Shown here piece by piece: positions 38,597 to 48,212 of a stretch of 64,000 nucleotides of DNA. Made by a program: the position numbers and the translations under genes. Below the pieces are notes generated by a model, which was given only the letters and a program-made list of their open reading frames with translations, was not told the origin of the DNA and ran no database searches. The stretch's first letter is position 1. The number at the start of each line of letters is the position of its first letter. Source of the DNA: a virus; the IMG/VR virus record IMGVR_UViG_3300045988_147927, positions 128,001 through 192,000 of that record. One strand, given 5' to 3'.

Positions 38597-38991
38597 GAAC
38601 ATATTAATGTTGCTTAATGATAAACATTTTGCCCTTGTAAAACCCTGTGAATTGCTGGGACGTGCTAAAGACTGTTATACCAAAGTGTAAAAATTAACAG
38701 TATGAGTTGTGGGTTAGCACTCCACAACGATGAAATGTACAATCAGCAGCCTTATATATTTAAAGATAGAATATATGGGGTTCATCGACTATCGAAAACA
38801 GAGATGTAAAGTAAGACTGGTAACTCGGTCAAGGTTATTATAGGTTACATCTTTTAAGTGAGTAGAGTAGGAATTAAAGTTCCGAAGTGCAGGGAGTTAT
38901 TACTGATAACCTAAAGGTAATAACTATGATATAGTCAGTGCTAACAAGAAATATGTTAGTTATTTAATTTAATAGTCAGTTAAAATGTTAG
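38597..38991 (+). ncRNA. group I intron 3 (ORF-less)
   Basis: aattgctggga, gctaaag, gttcatcgacta, gatatagtca blocks. Ends in G before gaaatgttc. Confidence 0.65.
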
Positions 38992-39177
38992 GAAATGTTC
39001 ATTGAAGCTGGCTATATTTATGCTCCATACTTGCCTTTATTCGCAAGTCAATTATTGGTTGATGCAGACTTCAAAGCACAACGTGGGTTCTGTACACTAT
39101 ACGCCAAAAAAGCAGTAAATAAATATATGTATCATCGTTTGACTTTGGTAGATAACAAACAAGTAGCCGCTAACTAA
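38992..39177 (+). CDS. major capsid protein, exon 4
   Basis: EMFIEAGYIYAPYLPLFASQ..., a capsid-like C-terminus. The four exons sum to 798+98+394+186 = 1476 nt, in frame. Confidence 0.65.
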   Translation, partial: EMFIEAGYIYAPYLPLFASQLLVDADFKAQRGFCTLYAKKAVNKYMYHRLTLVDNKQVAAN

Positions 39178-39255
39178 TTAAGGTTAAAATAGCTACATAA
39201 TATTCAGTAATATGTATTGAATATACTTTACAAAACTAAATAATATATCCAATTA

Positions 39256-39292
39256 ATAGAGATGAGTTTTATACTCATCTCTATTTTTATTT
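39256..39292 (+). terminator. rho-independent terminator
   Basis: 12-bp stem atagagatgagt / actcatctctat followed by a T-run. Confidence 0.75.
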
Positions 39293-39320
39293 GAATATCT
39301 TTGTGTTTATGTTGTATAAT
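39291..39320 (+). promoter_or_regulatory. sigma70-like promoter
   Basis: TTGAAT - 18 nt - TATAAT. Confidence 0.5.
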
Positions 39321-39366
39321 TTAAATGTACATAGATGTAAGATATTGTAAAATAATGTAAGGTTAG

Positions 39367-40143
39367 TTGGAGGGTATATTGATAGTGAAAGATATTTTAG
39401 CTAAAGATGGTATATTGTGTGGTATTCCTAGTGATAGGAGTTGTAATTTGATTGTATTGTTCTCTGGTGGATTTGATTCTACTGCATTATTACATATGGC
39501 AGTTAATACTAAGAAGAAATATAATACTATAAAAACAGTATATGCTTTGTATGTTAAAAGTAATCTATTAGATGAAGGGAAAGTTAAGTTAGAGGAAAAT
39601 CATGTAAAAAAGTTTATTTCTTATATTAATCAAGATGAGGAGATTGTAAAGTTAGTTACTTATGAGAGTTCATTTAGTGATTTAGAAGAGTATGCTTATA
39701 GTGAAAATTCATATGACTTAATATTTATTAATGCTATTAATTCAGTAGTACATATGATGGGTGGTGCTGATGTTAATATAGTATTGAATGGCTCATTAGA
39801 TGGAGATTCAAGGGTATATCATCTACCATATTATAAAAGTATGGTTGAAGGCTTCAATAAAGAGTATAGGGGTGTAGATGTGGTTATGATGTTCCCACTT
39901 ATGCAGATTAATAAACCTAGAATTATAGATTATTTACTCAACAACAATTTATATCAGTATTGTACTTGTTGTGAGAGTCCTAATAGTGATGTCTTTTGTA
40001 ATAGTTGTAAGGAGCATTTAAGGGCTTTATATGAATTATTACTTATCTATGATGTGTATGGTGATATTGAGCCTAAAGATGGAAATGAAGAGTTTGTTCG
40101 TGGTGAAATAAATAGGATACATGGGGTTGAGTCTGATGAGTGA
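39367..40143 (+). CDS. PP-loop ATPase, QueC-like
   Basis: VLFSGGFDSTALLH (SGGxDS). C-terminal Cys cluster YCTCCESPNSDVFCNSCKEHL. Alternative start GTG 39385. Confidence 0.55.
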   Translation: MEGILIVKDILAKDGILCGIPSDRSCNLIVLFSGGFDSTALLHMAVNTKKKYNTIKTVYALYVKSNLLDEGKVKLEENHVKKFISYINQDEEIVKLVTYESSFSDLEEYAYSENSYDLIFINAINSVVHMMGGADVNIVLNGSLDGDSRVYHLPYYKSMVEGFNKEYRGVDVVMMFPLMQINKPRIIDYLLNNNLYQYCTCCESPNSDVFCNSCKEHLRALYELLLIYDVYGDIEPKDGNEEFVRGEINRIHGVESDE

Positions 40144-42085
40144 TACTAACGATAAAAGACACTTATGGGGTGGTAAGGGTAAAAGAACATATAATAATGG
40201 TGTGATAGCTAAAAGATATTTTGAAGGTGAGCAACCTGAAGGATTTGTACTTGGAATGTTACCACGTACTGATGAGCAAAAGGCTAAAAGTAATGCTAAG
40301 AGGGTTAAAACTACAATAGAGAAGTACGGTGTTTCTAATGTAGCACAGTCTAAAGATGTGTATGAAAAGATGTTAGAGACAAATCTTAAAAAGTATGGTG
40401 TTGAGCATCCACAGACTCTTGAATCTCAAAAAGAAAAGGTAAAGAAAACAAATCTAGAGAGATATGGTACTACTAATGGTAAGGTGTTAAAACCAAAAGT
40501 AGATAAGCCTAAAAAAGAGAAAAAAGTAAAATTACCTAAAGTTAAAGATACTCGTAAAGGACATTACTATAATAATAGTATCATCACTAGAAAAATTAAA
40601 GAGGGTGATGTTATACCTGATGGGTTTGTTAGAGGAATGTTATTAAGTGATGAACTTAAAAAGAATAGGTCAGCTAAGGCTAAAGAGACATTTCTCAAAA
40701 AATATGGTGTAGATAACCCTGCTAAGTCTAAAGAGGTACTAGTTAAGATACAGAAAACAAATTTAGATAGGTATGGTGTTGAATGTTCTGCACAATCAGA
40801 AGTTGTTAAAGAAAAGATAAAAGCTACAAATCTTAAAAAATACGGTGTTGAGTATTCTTTTCAAGCAGAGGAAGTTAAGGATAAAATCAAAGCTACAAGT
40901 CTAGAGAGGTATGGTGTAGAAAATCCATCTAAGTCAGAAGTTATTAAGAGTAAGATTGTTGAATCTAATCGTAAGAATTTAGGTGTAGATTATCCTATGC
41001 AGTCTAAGGATGTGATGGATAAGTCTAGGGCAACTTCTTTTGAAAAGTATGGAACTGAGTATCCTAATCAGTCAGAAATTGTTAAATCTAAGATTGACGC
41101 TAGTACTTTAGAGCATTATGGTGTTAATCGTGCTTGTAAGTTAGATGAATTTAAGCAAAAAATCGTAGATACTAATAGAGAACGGTATGGTGTAGATTAT
41201 ACTTGTTTAATATATAGTGGTAAGTTAAAGGGTAATGACAGTAGTTACAACCGTTCTTTTGCTGAGTTATTAGATATTAATAACATTACATATGAGAGAG
41301 AGTTTTTATTACAAAAATATTCCTATGATTTTAAAGTAGGGAATACTTTGATTGAGATAGACCCCACTGCTACTCATAATACTTATTTCAGCCCTTATGG
41401 TGATAATAGAATTGATGTTAATTATCATAGAGATAAGACTAAGTTAGCTAAAGATAATGGATATAGTGTAATTCATATATTTGAATGGGATGATATTAAT
41501 AAAGTTATGCAATTATTGAAAAATAGGGTTACTGTATATGCTAGAAAATGTGAAGTAAGGATGGTTAGTGATGTAGATACTGGTAATTACTTAGATACAT
41601 ACCATTTACAGGGTACTTGTAGAGGACAGAAAATTAGATTAGGTCTATATTATGATAATCAATTAGTATCATTAATGACTTTTGGTAAATCACGTTTTAA
41701 TAAAAATTGTGAATATGAATTATTGAGATATTGTGCTAGTTACAATGTAGTAGGTGGTGCTGAGAAGTTATTTAAGTACTTTGTAGATAATTATAAACCT
41801 AGCAGCATTGTGTCATATTGTGATACATCAAAATTTAGTGGTAAGGTGTATGATACTTTGAGTTTTGAGTTTATTAAGACAAACAAACCTAGAAAGCATT
41901 GGTATAGTATGAAAGAGAAACGTCATATTACTGATGGATTATTATTAAGTCAGGGATATGATAGATTATTTAAAGAGAATCATGGTAAAGGCACTTCTAA
42001 TGAAGAGTTAATTCTTAGTAGAGGGTATTTACCTGTATATGATTGTGGTCAATCAACTTATATTTGGAGAAGTGATAATGTCTAG
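40136..42085 (+). CDS. free-standing homing-endonuclease-like protein with KYGV repeats
   Basis: YNNG..(x)..P(E/D)GFV.GM motifs x2. At least 8 repeats of about 32 aa (KYGV-NP-QS-EV-K-K-T). PD-(D/E)XK-like core YSYDFKVGNTLIEIDPTATHN. Conserved ~170-aa C-terminal domain. Confidence 0.5.
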   Translation: MSDTNDKRHLWGGKGKRTYNNGVIAKRYFEGEQPEGFVLGMLPRTDEQKAKSNAKRVKTTIEKYGVSNVAQSKDVYEKMLETNLKKYGVEHPQTLESQKEKVKKTNLERYGTTNGKVLKPKVDKPKKEKKVKLPKVKDTRKGHYYNNSIITRKIKEGDVIPDGFVRGMLLSDELKKNRSAKAKETFLKKYGVDNPAKSKEVLVKIQKTNLDRYGVECSAQSEVVKEKIKATNLKKYGVEYSFQAEEVKDKIKATSLERYGVENPSKSEVIKSKIVESNRKNLGVDYPMQSKDVMDKSRATSFEKYGTEYPNQSEIVKSKIDASTLEHYGVNRACKLDEFKQKIVDTNRERYGVDYTCLIYSGKLKGNDSSYNRSFAELLDINNITYEREFLLQKYSYDFKVGNTLIEIDPTATHNTYFSPYGDNRIDVNYHRDKTKLAKDNGYSVIHIFEWDDINKVMQLLKNRVTVYARKCEVRMVSDVDTGNYLDTYHLQGTCRGQKIRLGLYYDNQLVSLMTFGKSRFNKNCEYELLRYCASYNVVGGAEKLFKYFVDNYKPSSIVSYCDTSKFSGKVYDTLSFEFIKTNKPRKHWYSMKEKRHITDGLLLSQGYDRLFKENHGKGTSNEELILSRGYLPVYDCGQSTYIWRSDNV

Positions 42086-43481
42086 TAGGGTTAAAAAGAA
42101 ATATTATCATAATGGCATTGTTAATAAAATGTATGAGGAGGGTAAACAGCCAGATGGTTTTGTACTAGGAATGTTACCACGTACAAAAGAAAAACAAGAT
42201 GCTATTAATAAAAAGAGAGAAGAGACTACATTAAAGAAGTATGGTGTTTCTCATGTGTCGCATTTAAGTGATGTTAAGTCTAAAAAGAAAAAGTCTTTAC
42301 TAGAGCATTATGGGGTAGATAATCCATCTAAGTCTAAGGAGATACAAAATAAGAAAAGAGATATCTTTATTAAGAAGTATGGTGTAGATAACCCTATGAA
42401 GTCTGAAGAGATTAAACAGAAGTTTAGGGATAACTATAACACTAAATATGGTGTAGATAATCCTTTTCAATTAGATGTTGTTAAAGATAAAATCAAAGAT
42501 ACTAGTAGGGAAAATTTAGGTGTAGATTATCCTACTCAATGTCAAGAGGTTAGAGATAAGGTTAGGAATACCTTTATGGAACGATATGGTGTACCGTATA
42601 CATTTATGTTGTCTAAAGAGTGGATAGAGGCTAATGATAGTAAACCTAACAGAGATTTTGCTGAGTTGTTAGATACTAACAATATTAAGTATGAACGTGA
42701 GTTTAGGTGTGGTAAGTATTCATATGATTTTAAAATAGGGAATACACTTATAGAGATAAACCCTACAGCTACACACAATACTCATTTTAGTCCTTATGGT
42801 GATAATAGAATTGATTCAAATTATCACAGAGATAAATCTAAGTTAGCTAATGATAATGATTATAGTGTAATACATATATTTGACTGGGATGATAAGAATA
42901 AGATTATCAATCTTCTTAGAGATAGGGATATAGTATATGCTAGAAAATGTGATATAAGATTAGTTGATAGTGTAGAGTGTAATCAATATCTTATGACATA
43001 CCATTTACAGGGTAAGTGTAATAATCAAACAATTAGATTAGGGTTATATTATGATAATCAATTAGTATCATTAATGACTTTTGGTAAGCCTAGATATAAC
43101 AGTAGGTATGAGTATGAGTTGTTGAGATACTGTGCTAGTCATAATGTAATAGGTGGTGCTGAGAAGTTATTTAAGTATTTTATTAATACCTATAAACCTA
43201 GCAGCATTGTGTCATATTGTGATACATCAAAATTTAGTGGTAAAGCCTATGACACTTTGGGGTTTAATAGGGTTAATGATAATAAACCATCTTGCCATTG
43301 GTATAGTGTAGAAGAAGATAAACATATAACTGATAATTTGTTGCGTATGCAAGGGTATGATAGACTTTTCAAAGAAAATCATGGTAAAGGGACTTCTAAT
43401 GAAGAATTAATTCTAGCTAGGGGATATTTACCAGTATATGATTGTGGACAGTCTACTTATGTTTATATTAATAAAAAATAA
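42078..43481 (+). CDS. paralog of the upstream homing-endonuclease-like protein
   Basis: ATGTCTAG start/stop overlap. Same architecture with fewer KYGV repeats. Long identical nucleotide stretches in the C-terminal domain. Confidence 0.5.
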   Translation: MSSRVKKKYYHNGIVNKMYEEGKQPDGFVLGMLPRTKEKQDAINKKREETTLKKYGVSHVSHLSDVKSKKKKSLLEHYGVDNPSKSKEIQNKKRDIFIKKYGVDNPMKSEEIKQKFRDNYNTKYGVDNPFQLDVVKDKIKDTSRENLGVDYPTQCQEVRDKVRNTFMERYGVPYTFMLSKEWIEANDSKPNRDFAELLDTNNIKYEREFRCGKYSYDFKIGNTLIEINPTATHNTHFSPYGDNRIDSNYHRDKSKLANDNDYSVIHIFDWDDKNKIINLLRDRDIVYARKCDIRLVDSVECNQYLMTYHLQGKCNNQTIRLGLYYDNQLVSLMTFGKPRYNSRYEYELLRYCASHNVIGGAEKLFKYFINTYKPSSIVSYCDTSKFSGKAYDTLGFNRVNDNKPSCHWYSVEEDKHITDNLLRMQGYDRLFKENHGKGTSNEELILARGYLPVYDCGQSTYVYINKK

Positions 43482-43659
43482 CAAATAAAATTAATGTGTA
43501 CTATATATAGGAGTGGATATATTAATTTTAGAATTTGTAAAATAGTTTGGATATATTGATTTAGTTTTGTTAGTCGATATATGTTACTGAGGATGTATAG
43601 GATTCTATTGAAGTATTCTATATGTCCTTTATTTTACATTAGAGAAATAGGAGATATTG

Positions 43660-44199
43660 ATGGGTTTAGAGTTATATAATACAACTAAAAACACAATTCG
43701 TATTCCTGAGTACAATTATAATGGCACATTGGTGTTTGCTCCTAATGAAGCAAAACCATTGGATAGTTTAGATAAGGTTGGTTTCTTCCGTCCTTATGCT
43801 AGGGCTGGTATTATTGTGAGGAATAGTGATGTTGACTTAGGTTTATCTCAACGTACTATTGATGACATTAAGCATGCTAAAGAGGAATTAAAAGGTCATG
43901 TTTCTAAAGTGGCTGATAGTGTTGTTGATAGTGTTAAGAATGTTTCAGATAAAACTAAAGATGCAGTTAAATCTGTAACTGATAATGCTGGTAAAATTGC
44001 TAGTGATGTTGTAGAAGATACAGTTAGTGATGTTACTGAAAAAGTAGAAAAAGTAAAAAAATTCACTGCTGATTTTCTTGATACTTTAACATTAAAAGAG
44101 TTGAAAGCTACTGCTAAAGAAGTAGGTGTAGATGCTGATAGTGTTAATAAAAAAGCAGACGTTAAGGAAATGATTTTATCTGCACAAAATAAAAAATAG
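43660..44199 (+). CDS. hypothetical protein with C-terminal HeH/Rho_N-like motif
   Basis: RBS aggaga; LTLKELKATAKEVGVDADSVNKKADVKEMI. Confidence 0.45.
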   Translation: MGLELYNTTKNTIRIPEYNYNGTLVFAPNEAKPLDSLDKVGFFRPYARAGIIVRNSDVDLGLSQRTIDDIKHAKEELKGHVSKVADSVVDSVKNVSDKTKDAVKSVTDNAGKIASDVVEDTVSDVTEKVEKVKKFTADFLDTLTLKELKATAKEVGVDADSVNKKADVKEMILSAQNKK

Positions 44200-44220
44200 A
44201 TATATAGAGGGTGAGTAGTC

Positions 44221-45051
44221 ATGAGTAGAATAGACGATAATTTACTTGTAGATAGTAGTTCATTTAGTAATGACTACATGGAATCACTTTCTAAAGAACG
44301 CAGAGATATTATTGAGGATTGTATGGTGGCTTTAGGTTATCCTGTAATCACTCTATATATTACTCAGCGTCAAATTGACAGGTTAATAGATTTTGCAACT
44401 CGTAGGTGTGAGAGTAAGGTATCGTTACCATATTTAGCAACTTTTAGTGTCGGAAATGGTGTTGTTGATGTTAGTGGTTATGATATGTTAGCTGTTAGAC
44501 AGATATATAATGGAGTTGGCAGTGGGGTATCTACAGAAAATGCTAATTTAGTGGCAAACCCAGATAGTCCTAATAGTGGTTGTAATATTTCAATGAGTAA
44601 TTGTGATATTTGTAATCAATTATGCCAGTATCGTGGTATGCAGTCTTTAGCTGGCTCATATGGTACAAAAGGGATATATGATTATGTAGCATATGCTGGT
44701 GCTAAGTCAGAGTTAAATGTGCTAATGACTAATGATTGGTATTTAGACCCTACTGATAATAAGTTATATGTTGATGGTTTTAGTGGTGTTGTTACAGTAG
44801 AGTATGTGAAATCTAATAATTCTTTTGAGGATATAGCTAAGGATAACTTTTGGAGGCAGTGGATTCGTGATTATACACTTGCTATGGTTAAAATCACTGA
44901 GGGACGTATTCGTTCTAAGTATAAGATTAGTAGTGGTGTGTTTGAGATTGAGTCTGATGAGTTGATAAGTGAAGGTAACAATGATAAACAGGAATTAGAG
45001 CAACGATTGGAAGATGGTGGCTTTGGTTATTGGAATATCATGAGAGGTTAG
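44221..45051 (+). CDS. hypothetical structural-module protein
   Basis: RBS gagggtgag; no diagnostic motif. Confidence 0.45.
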   Translation: MSRIDDNLLVDSSSFSNDYMESLSKERRDIIEDCMVALGYPVITLYITQRQIDRLIDFATRRCESKVSLPYLATFSVGNGVVDVSGYDMLAVRQIYNGVGSGVSTENANLVANPDSPNSGCNISMSNCDICNQLCQYRGMQSLAGSYGTKGIYDYVAYAGAKSELNVLMTNDWYLDPTDNKLYVDGFSGVVTVEYVKSNNSFEDIAKDNFWRQWIRDYTLAMVKITEGRIRSKYKISSGVFEIESDELISEGNNDKQELEQRLEDGGFGYWNIMRG

Positions 45052-45076
45052 TTATATTCTTAGGAAGGTAGTATTA

Positions 45077-45601
45077 ATGAAGTTTACAAATTGCCCTTTT
45101 GGTGATAATACTCCAACACTTATTGGTGGTGTAGGTGGAGGACAGCAAGTTAGGTGGTTGTACTCCGAGTTTGACCATTTTTTAAATGTGTGGGGTAAAA
45201 ATAATGGTGTTAATGTTACTTTCAATCTAAGGTCTAAAGATGATATTGATGCTAAATTAGATATGCTACATCAATATGTTTTAAATGGTTCTTTGTCAAA
45301 AGAAGATTTGTGTGAGTTAGAGGAAAGGTTAAGGACATATAGTAACCTTTCAAGTGGTGGTAATGGTAGTCATACTCATTCTGCTATAGTTTCTGAGGCA
45401 CATAAAAAGGGTGAGAAATATACAACTTATCAAGATGGTAAGTTGGTAGAGAAAGTTGGTAGGGGTAAGCGTAAGCATATTACTCAGGCTCAACTTAAAG
45501 CCTTAGCTGAGGCTAGGAAAAAGGCTCATTCAGATGAGGCTCGTGCTAAAAGAAGAAAATCTATTCAAGCAAGGCGAGATGCCAAGATTTTAGATATTTA
45601 A
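45077..45601 (+). CDS. hypothetical protein with basic C-terminus
   Basis: ORF with RBS; K/R-rich tail. Confidence 0.4.
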   Translation: MKFTNCPFGDNTPTLIGGVGGGQQVRWLYSEFDHFLNVWGKNNGVNVTFNLRSKDDIDAKLDMLHQYVLNGSLSKEDLCELEERLRTYSNLSSGGNGSHTHSAIVSEAHKKGEKYTTYQDGKLVEKVGRGKRKHITQAQLKALAEARKKAHSDEARAKRRKSIQARRDAKILDI

Positions 45602-45661
45602 CATTATACATAAAATTAGTTATACAAAATAAATTTTTGATTTTAGGGGGATACCTTATAA

Positions 45662-46855
45662 ATGAGGCAAGTAAGAAAATTAAGCAATTTGATTGCTGAT
45701 GAGTTGGAAATGCAGGGTATGAAGTCTGGTTCTGCTTTGTTTGAATCAACAGTTTCTAGCATTGTTAAAAGTGTTAATGAAGCATTGAAAGATGCTGACC
45801 GTAAAGATGCTGGTAATACTGATGTTTTTGAAGAAGTAGAAGAGGGTTCTTTCTACTTTGCTACTGACGATACAGTTCTAGGTGACTATGAGGTTAATCA
45901 AGATGAAATTGTAGAGTTGGTTACGAATGGTGAACCTTGCATTGTTAATATTTATGATGTTGATGGTGAGTTGCGTGAAGATGGTGTAGAAGTACCTGCC
46001 GAGGCTTTTGTAGCATTTGTTGAAGATGCTGATGAAGTTGTGGTAGAGGATGCTGAAGAACTCTTTGATGAAGATGATGAAGAAATCGAAGAAGGTGCTA
46101 AAATCTCTTTCAAGGGTGGTAAAAAACGTAAAATCAACGCTAAAAAAGCAAAACTTCTTTTGAAATCTAAACAAAAAGGTGAGAAGTGGAAAGTTCAAGG
46201 CGATAAATTGGTTCGTAGGTCTGCCGCAGAAATCAAAGCATCTAAGAAAAATATTAAGAAAGCTAAAAAAGGTAAAGCTAAAGCTAAGAAAAACCGCAAA
46301 AAAGCCATGAAGGCAAATGAATGTGTTGTTGTAGAGGGTTTTGATATTTCTGCAAATGGCACAATCTTCCATGTAGAAGATGGTGATATCTTAACATATG
46401 AAGATGGTTTCTTGACTGTAACACGTGATGGTGTAGAAGTATTCTCTAATTTGACAGTTTCTGAATCTTTCATTTCTCGTTGCATTTCTGAGGGTGTTGT
46501 TGAAGATGATGACACTGAAGAATTGGATGAATCTAAAAAATCTAAATGTGTTAAAGAAGATTCTGAGGAAGAAGATTCTGAGGAAGAAGATTCTGAGGAA
46601 GATATTGATGAAGATGATGATTCCGATGAGGATGATGAAGAAGATTCCGATGAGGAAGAAGATTCTGATGAAGATGAAGTTTCTGAATCTATGTTGACTT
46701 GGAAAGTTGGTAAAGGTTATTGCTTAGTGTCAGAGGGTAGGGAATTACAAATGGGTAATCGTATCCGTGCTAGGGCAATGCTTTTAAATGAAGGTTTTGA
46801 AGTTAAATCTTCTGACTTAGATAAAGCAGCTAGTGGTAAAGTTGTAGTTCTTTAG
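45662..46855 (+). CDS. charge-block protein (acidic / lysine-rich / poly-acidic)
   Basis: RBS aggggga; KKAKKGKAKAKKNRKKAMK block and SEEEDSEEEDSEEDIDEDDDSDEDDEEDSDEEEDSDEDE block. Confidence 0.5.
   Translation: MRQVRKLSNLIADELEMQGMKSGSALFESTVSSIVKSVNEALKDADRKDAGNTDVFEEVEEGSFYFATDDTVLGDYEVNQDEIVELVTNGEPCIVNIYDVDGELREDGVEVPAEAFVAFVEDADEVVVEDAEELFDEDDEEIEEGAKISFKGGKKRKINAKKAKLLLKSKQKGEKWKVQGDKLVRRSAAEIKASKKNIKKAKKGKAKAKKNRKKAMKANECVVVEGFDISANGTIFHVEDGDILTYEDGFLTVTRDGVEVFSNLTVSESFISRCISEGVVEDDDTEELDESKKSKCVKEDSEEEDSEEEDSEEDIDEDDDSDEDDEEDSDEEEDSDEDEVSESMLTWKVGKGYCLVSEGRELQMGNRIRARAMLLNEGFEVKSSDLDKAASGKVVVL
46556..46600 (+). repeat. 15-nt perfect tandem repeat x3 (degenerate copies continue to about 46680)
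   Basis: gaagattctgaggaa x3. Confidence 0.85.
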
Positions 46856-46870
46856 TAGAGGTGTCTTAGA

Positions 46871-47680
46871 ATGGGTAAATTGTATTTGAGTGATACATTA
46901 AATCTCATTCTATCAGATGATTATAACGTAGAAGATAGTGATATTAAAAGGCTATCTTCTACTTTTTATAATTTAGGTATTTCTGATAATAATGAGTTAT
47001 ATGGGATTCTATTTATGATTTATTCCATAGCTAAATCTGATATTACATTACCTGTTTCGGTTGGTTTATTTAGAGATATATGGGATTCTAATGGTGGTGT
47101 CAGTTTAGATTTTGTGTCAACATTAGCTAATTTTGTCAAGGGTGGTTTTATTAAGTTAAGTAAACAAAAACTAGATGGTGGTCTTAGTGGTAATATCACA
47201 GGTGATGAGAGTCTAGAAAGTATTATTGTGTTTGTTAATGGTACTGATTTACTTAATAGTTGTGTTCAAGTTTTCAAGGATTTTATAAAATCTAAAGAAG
47301 TTTCAATACAAGAGGGTGTTGGTGTTAATGAAGTGCCGTCTTTTGTTAAAACTTATATTAAGAGATTATATGATGTTTTAGATGATTTGAGTGTTTATGT
47401 TGAGTTGGAATCTTTTTCTGATGAAGATTCAGTTAGAAGGGTTAATTTAAATATTAATAACACTTCTAAATATGACATTAGTGATAGTGCTATTGAAAAG
47501 TTAGCTAAGTCTTTTATTAAGAATGGTGAGAGACGTGTTGTTGATGTAGAGTGCTATAAGGATAGTAGTAGAACTTTGTTCTTAGGTATTGATTTTAGGA
47601 AAGATACAAAAGATTTTAATTTCTCATGTGCAGATATTTTTAATTTCATTGAGGATTTAGAAGTTAATCATGTGAGGTAA
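46871..47680 (+). CDS. hypothetical protein
   Basis: ORF with RBS agaggtg. Confidence 0.4.
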   Translation: MGKLYLSDTLNLILSDDYNVEDSDIKRLSSTFYNLGISDNNELYGILFMIYSIAKSDITLPVSVGLFRDIWDSNGGVSLDFVSTLANFVKGGFIKLSKQKLDGGLSGNITGDESLESIIVFVNGTDLLNSCVQVFKDFIKSKEVSIQEGVGVNEVPSFVKTYIKRLYDVLDDLSVYVELESFSDEDSVRRVNLNINNTSKYDISDSAIEKLAKSFIKNGERRVVDVECYKDSSRTLFLGIDFRKDTKDFNFSCADIFNFIEDLEVNHVR

Positions 47681-47695
47681 TGTATAGAGTGGTGG

Positions 47696-48151
47696 GTGTA
47701 TATGGAAATTATAAATCGTGGTGGAACTAATATATTAAAGGCTATACAACAAGGTGCTAAAGAAGTTAGTAAGAGAAATGGTATAGCTGATATGCATCTT
47801 GTTGATGATAGTACTGTTCAGTCTAAGGTTGAAGAGGCTTTTGGTTCTATACCCAATTCTAGTCATACATCTGGTGGACAGGAAGTTTTTACAAACTATA
47901 ATTCTGTTGCTAAGGTAAGTTCAAATATAGCTAAAAATGTATCTTTTGAGGATAAATTAGTCTTGAAGTTACAGAAATGTATAGAGACTCTTGCTGATAC
48001 TGGTGAGTACTATAATGCTGTTGATGCCTTATTCACTTTATATACTATGGATTCTCTGACAGATGGTGTTGTTGATAGTATCACAAGAAGAGATTTAAAA
48101 GAGATAAAGAGTATTGTATCTGAGTTTAAAGAGATGGTAGACTCTTTATAA
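47696..48151 (+). CDS. hypothetical protein
   Basis: ORF; the likely start is ATG 47702. Confidence 0.4.
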   Translation: MYMEIINRGGTNILKAIQQGAKEVSKRNGIADMHLVDDSTVQSKVEEAFGSIPNSSHTSGGQEVFTNYNSVAKVSSNIAKNVSFEDKLVLKLQKCIETLADTGEYYNAVDALFTLYTMDSLTDGVVDSITRRDLKEIKSIVSEFKEMVDSL

Positions 48152-48212
48152 GTTTTGATAGTATGGTATAATATATGTTATTATGTCATATTATTTATAA
48201 AGAGGTTATATT

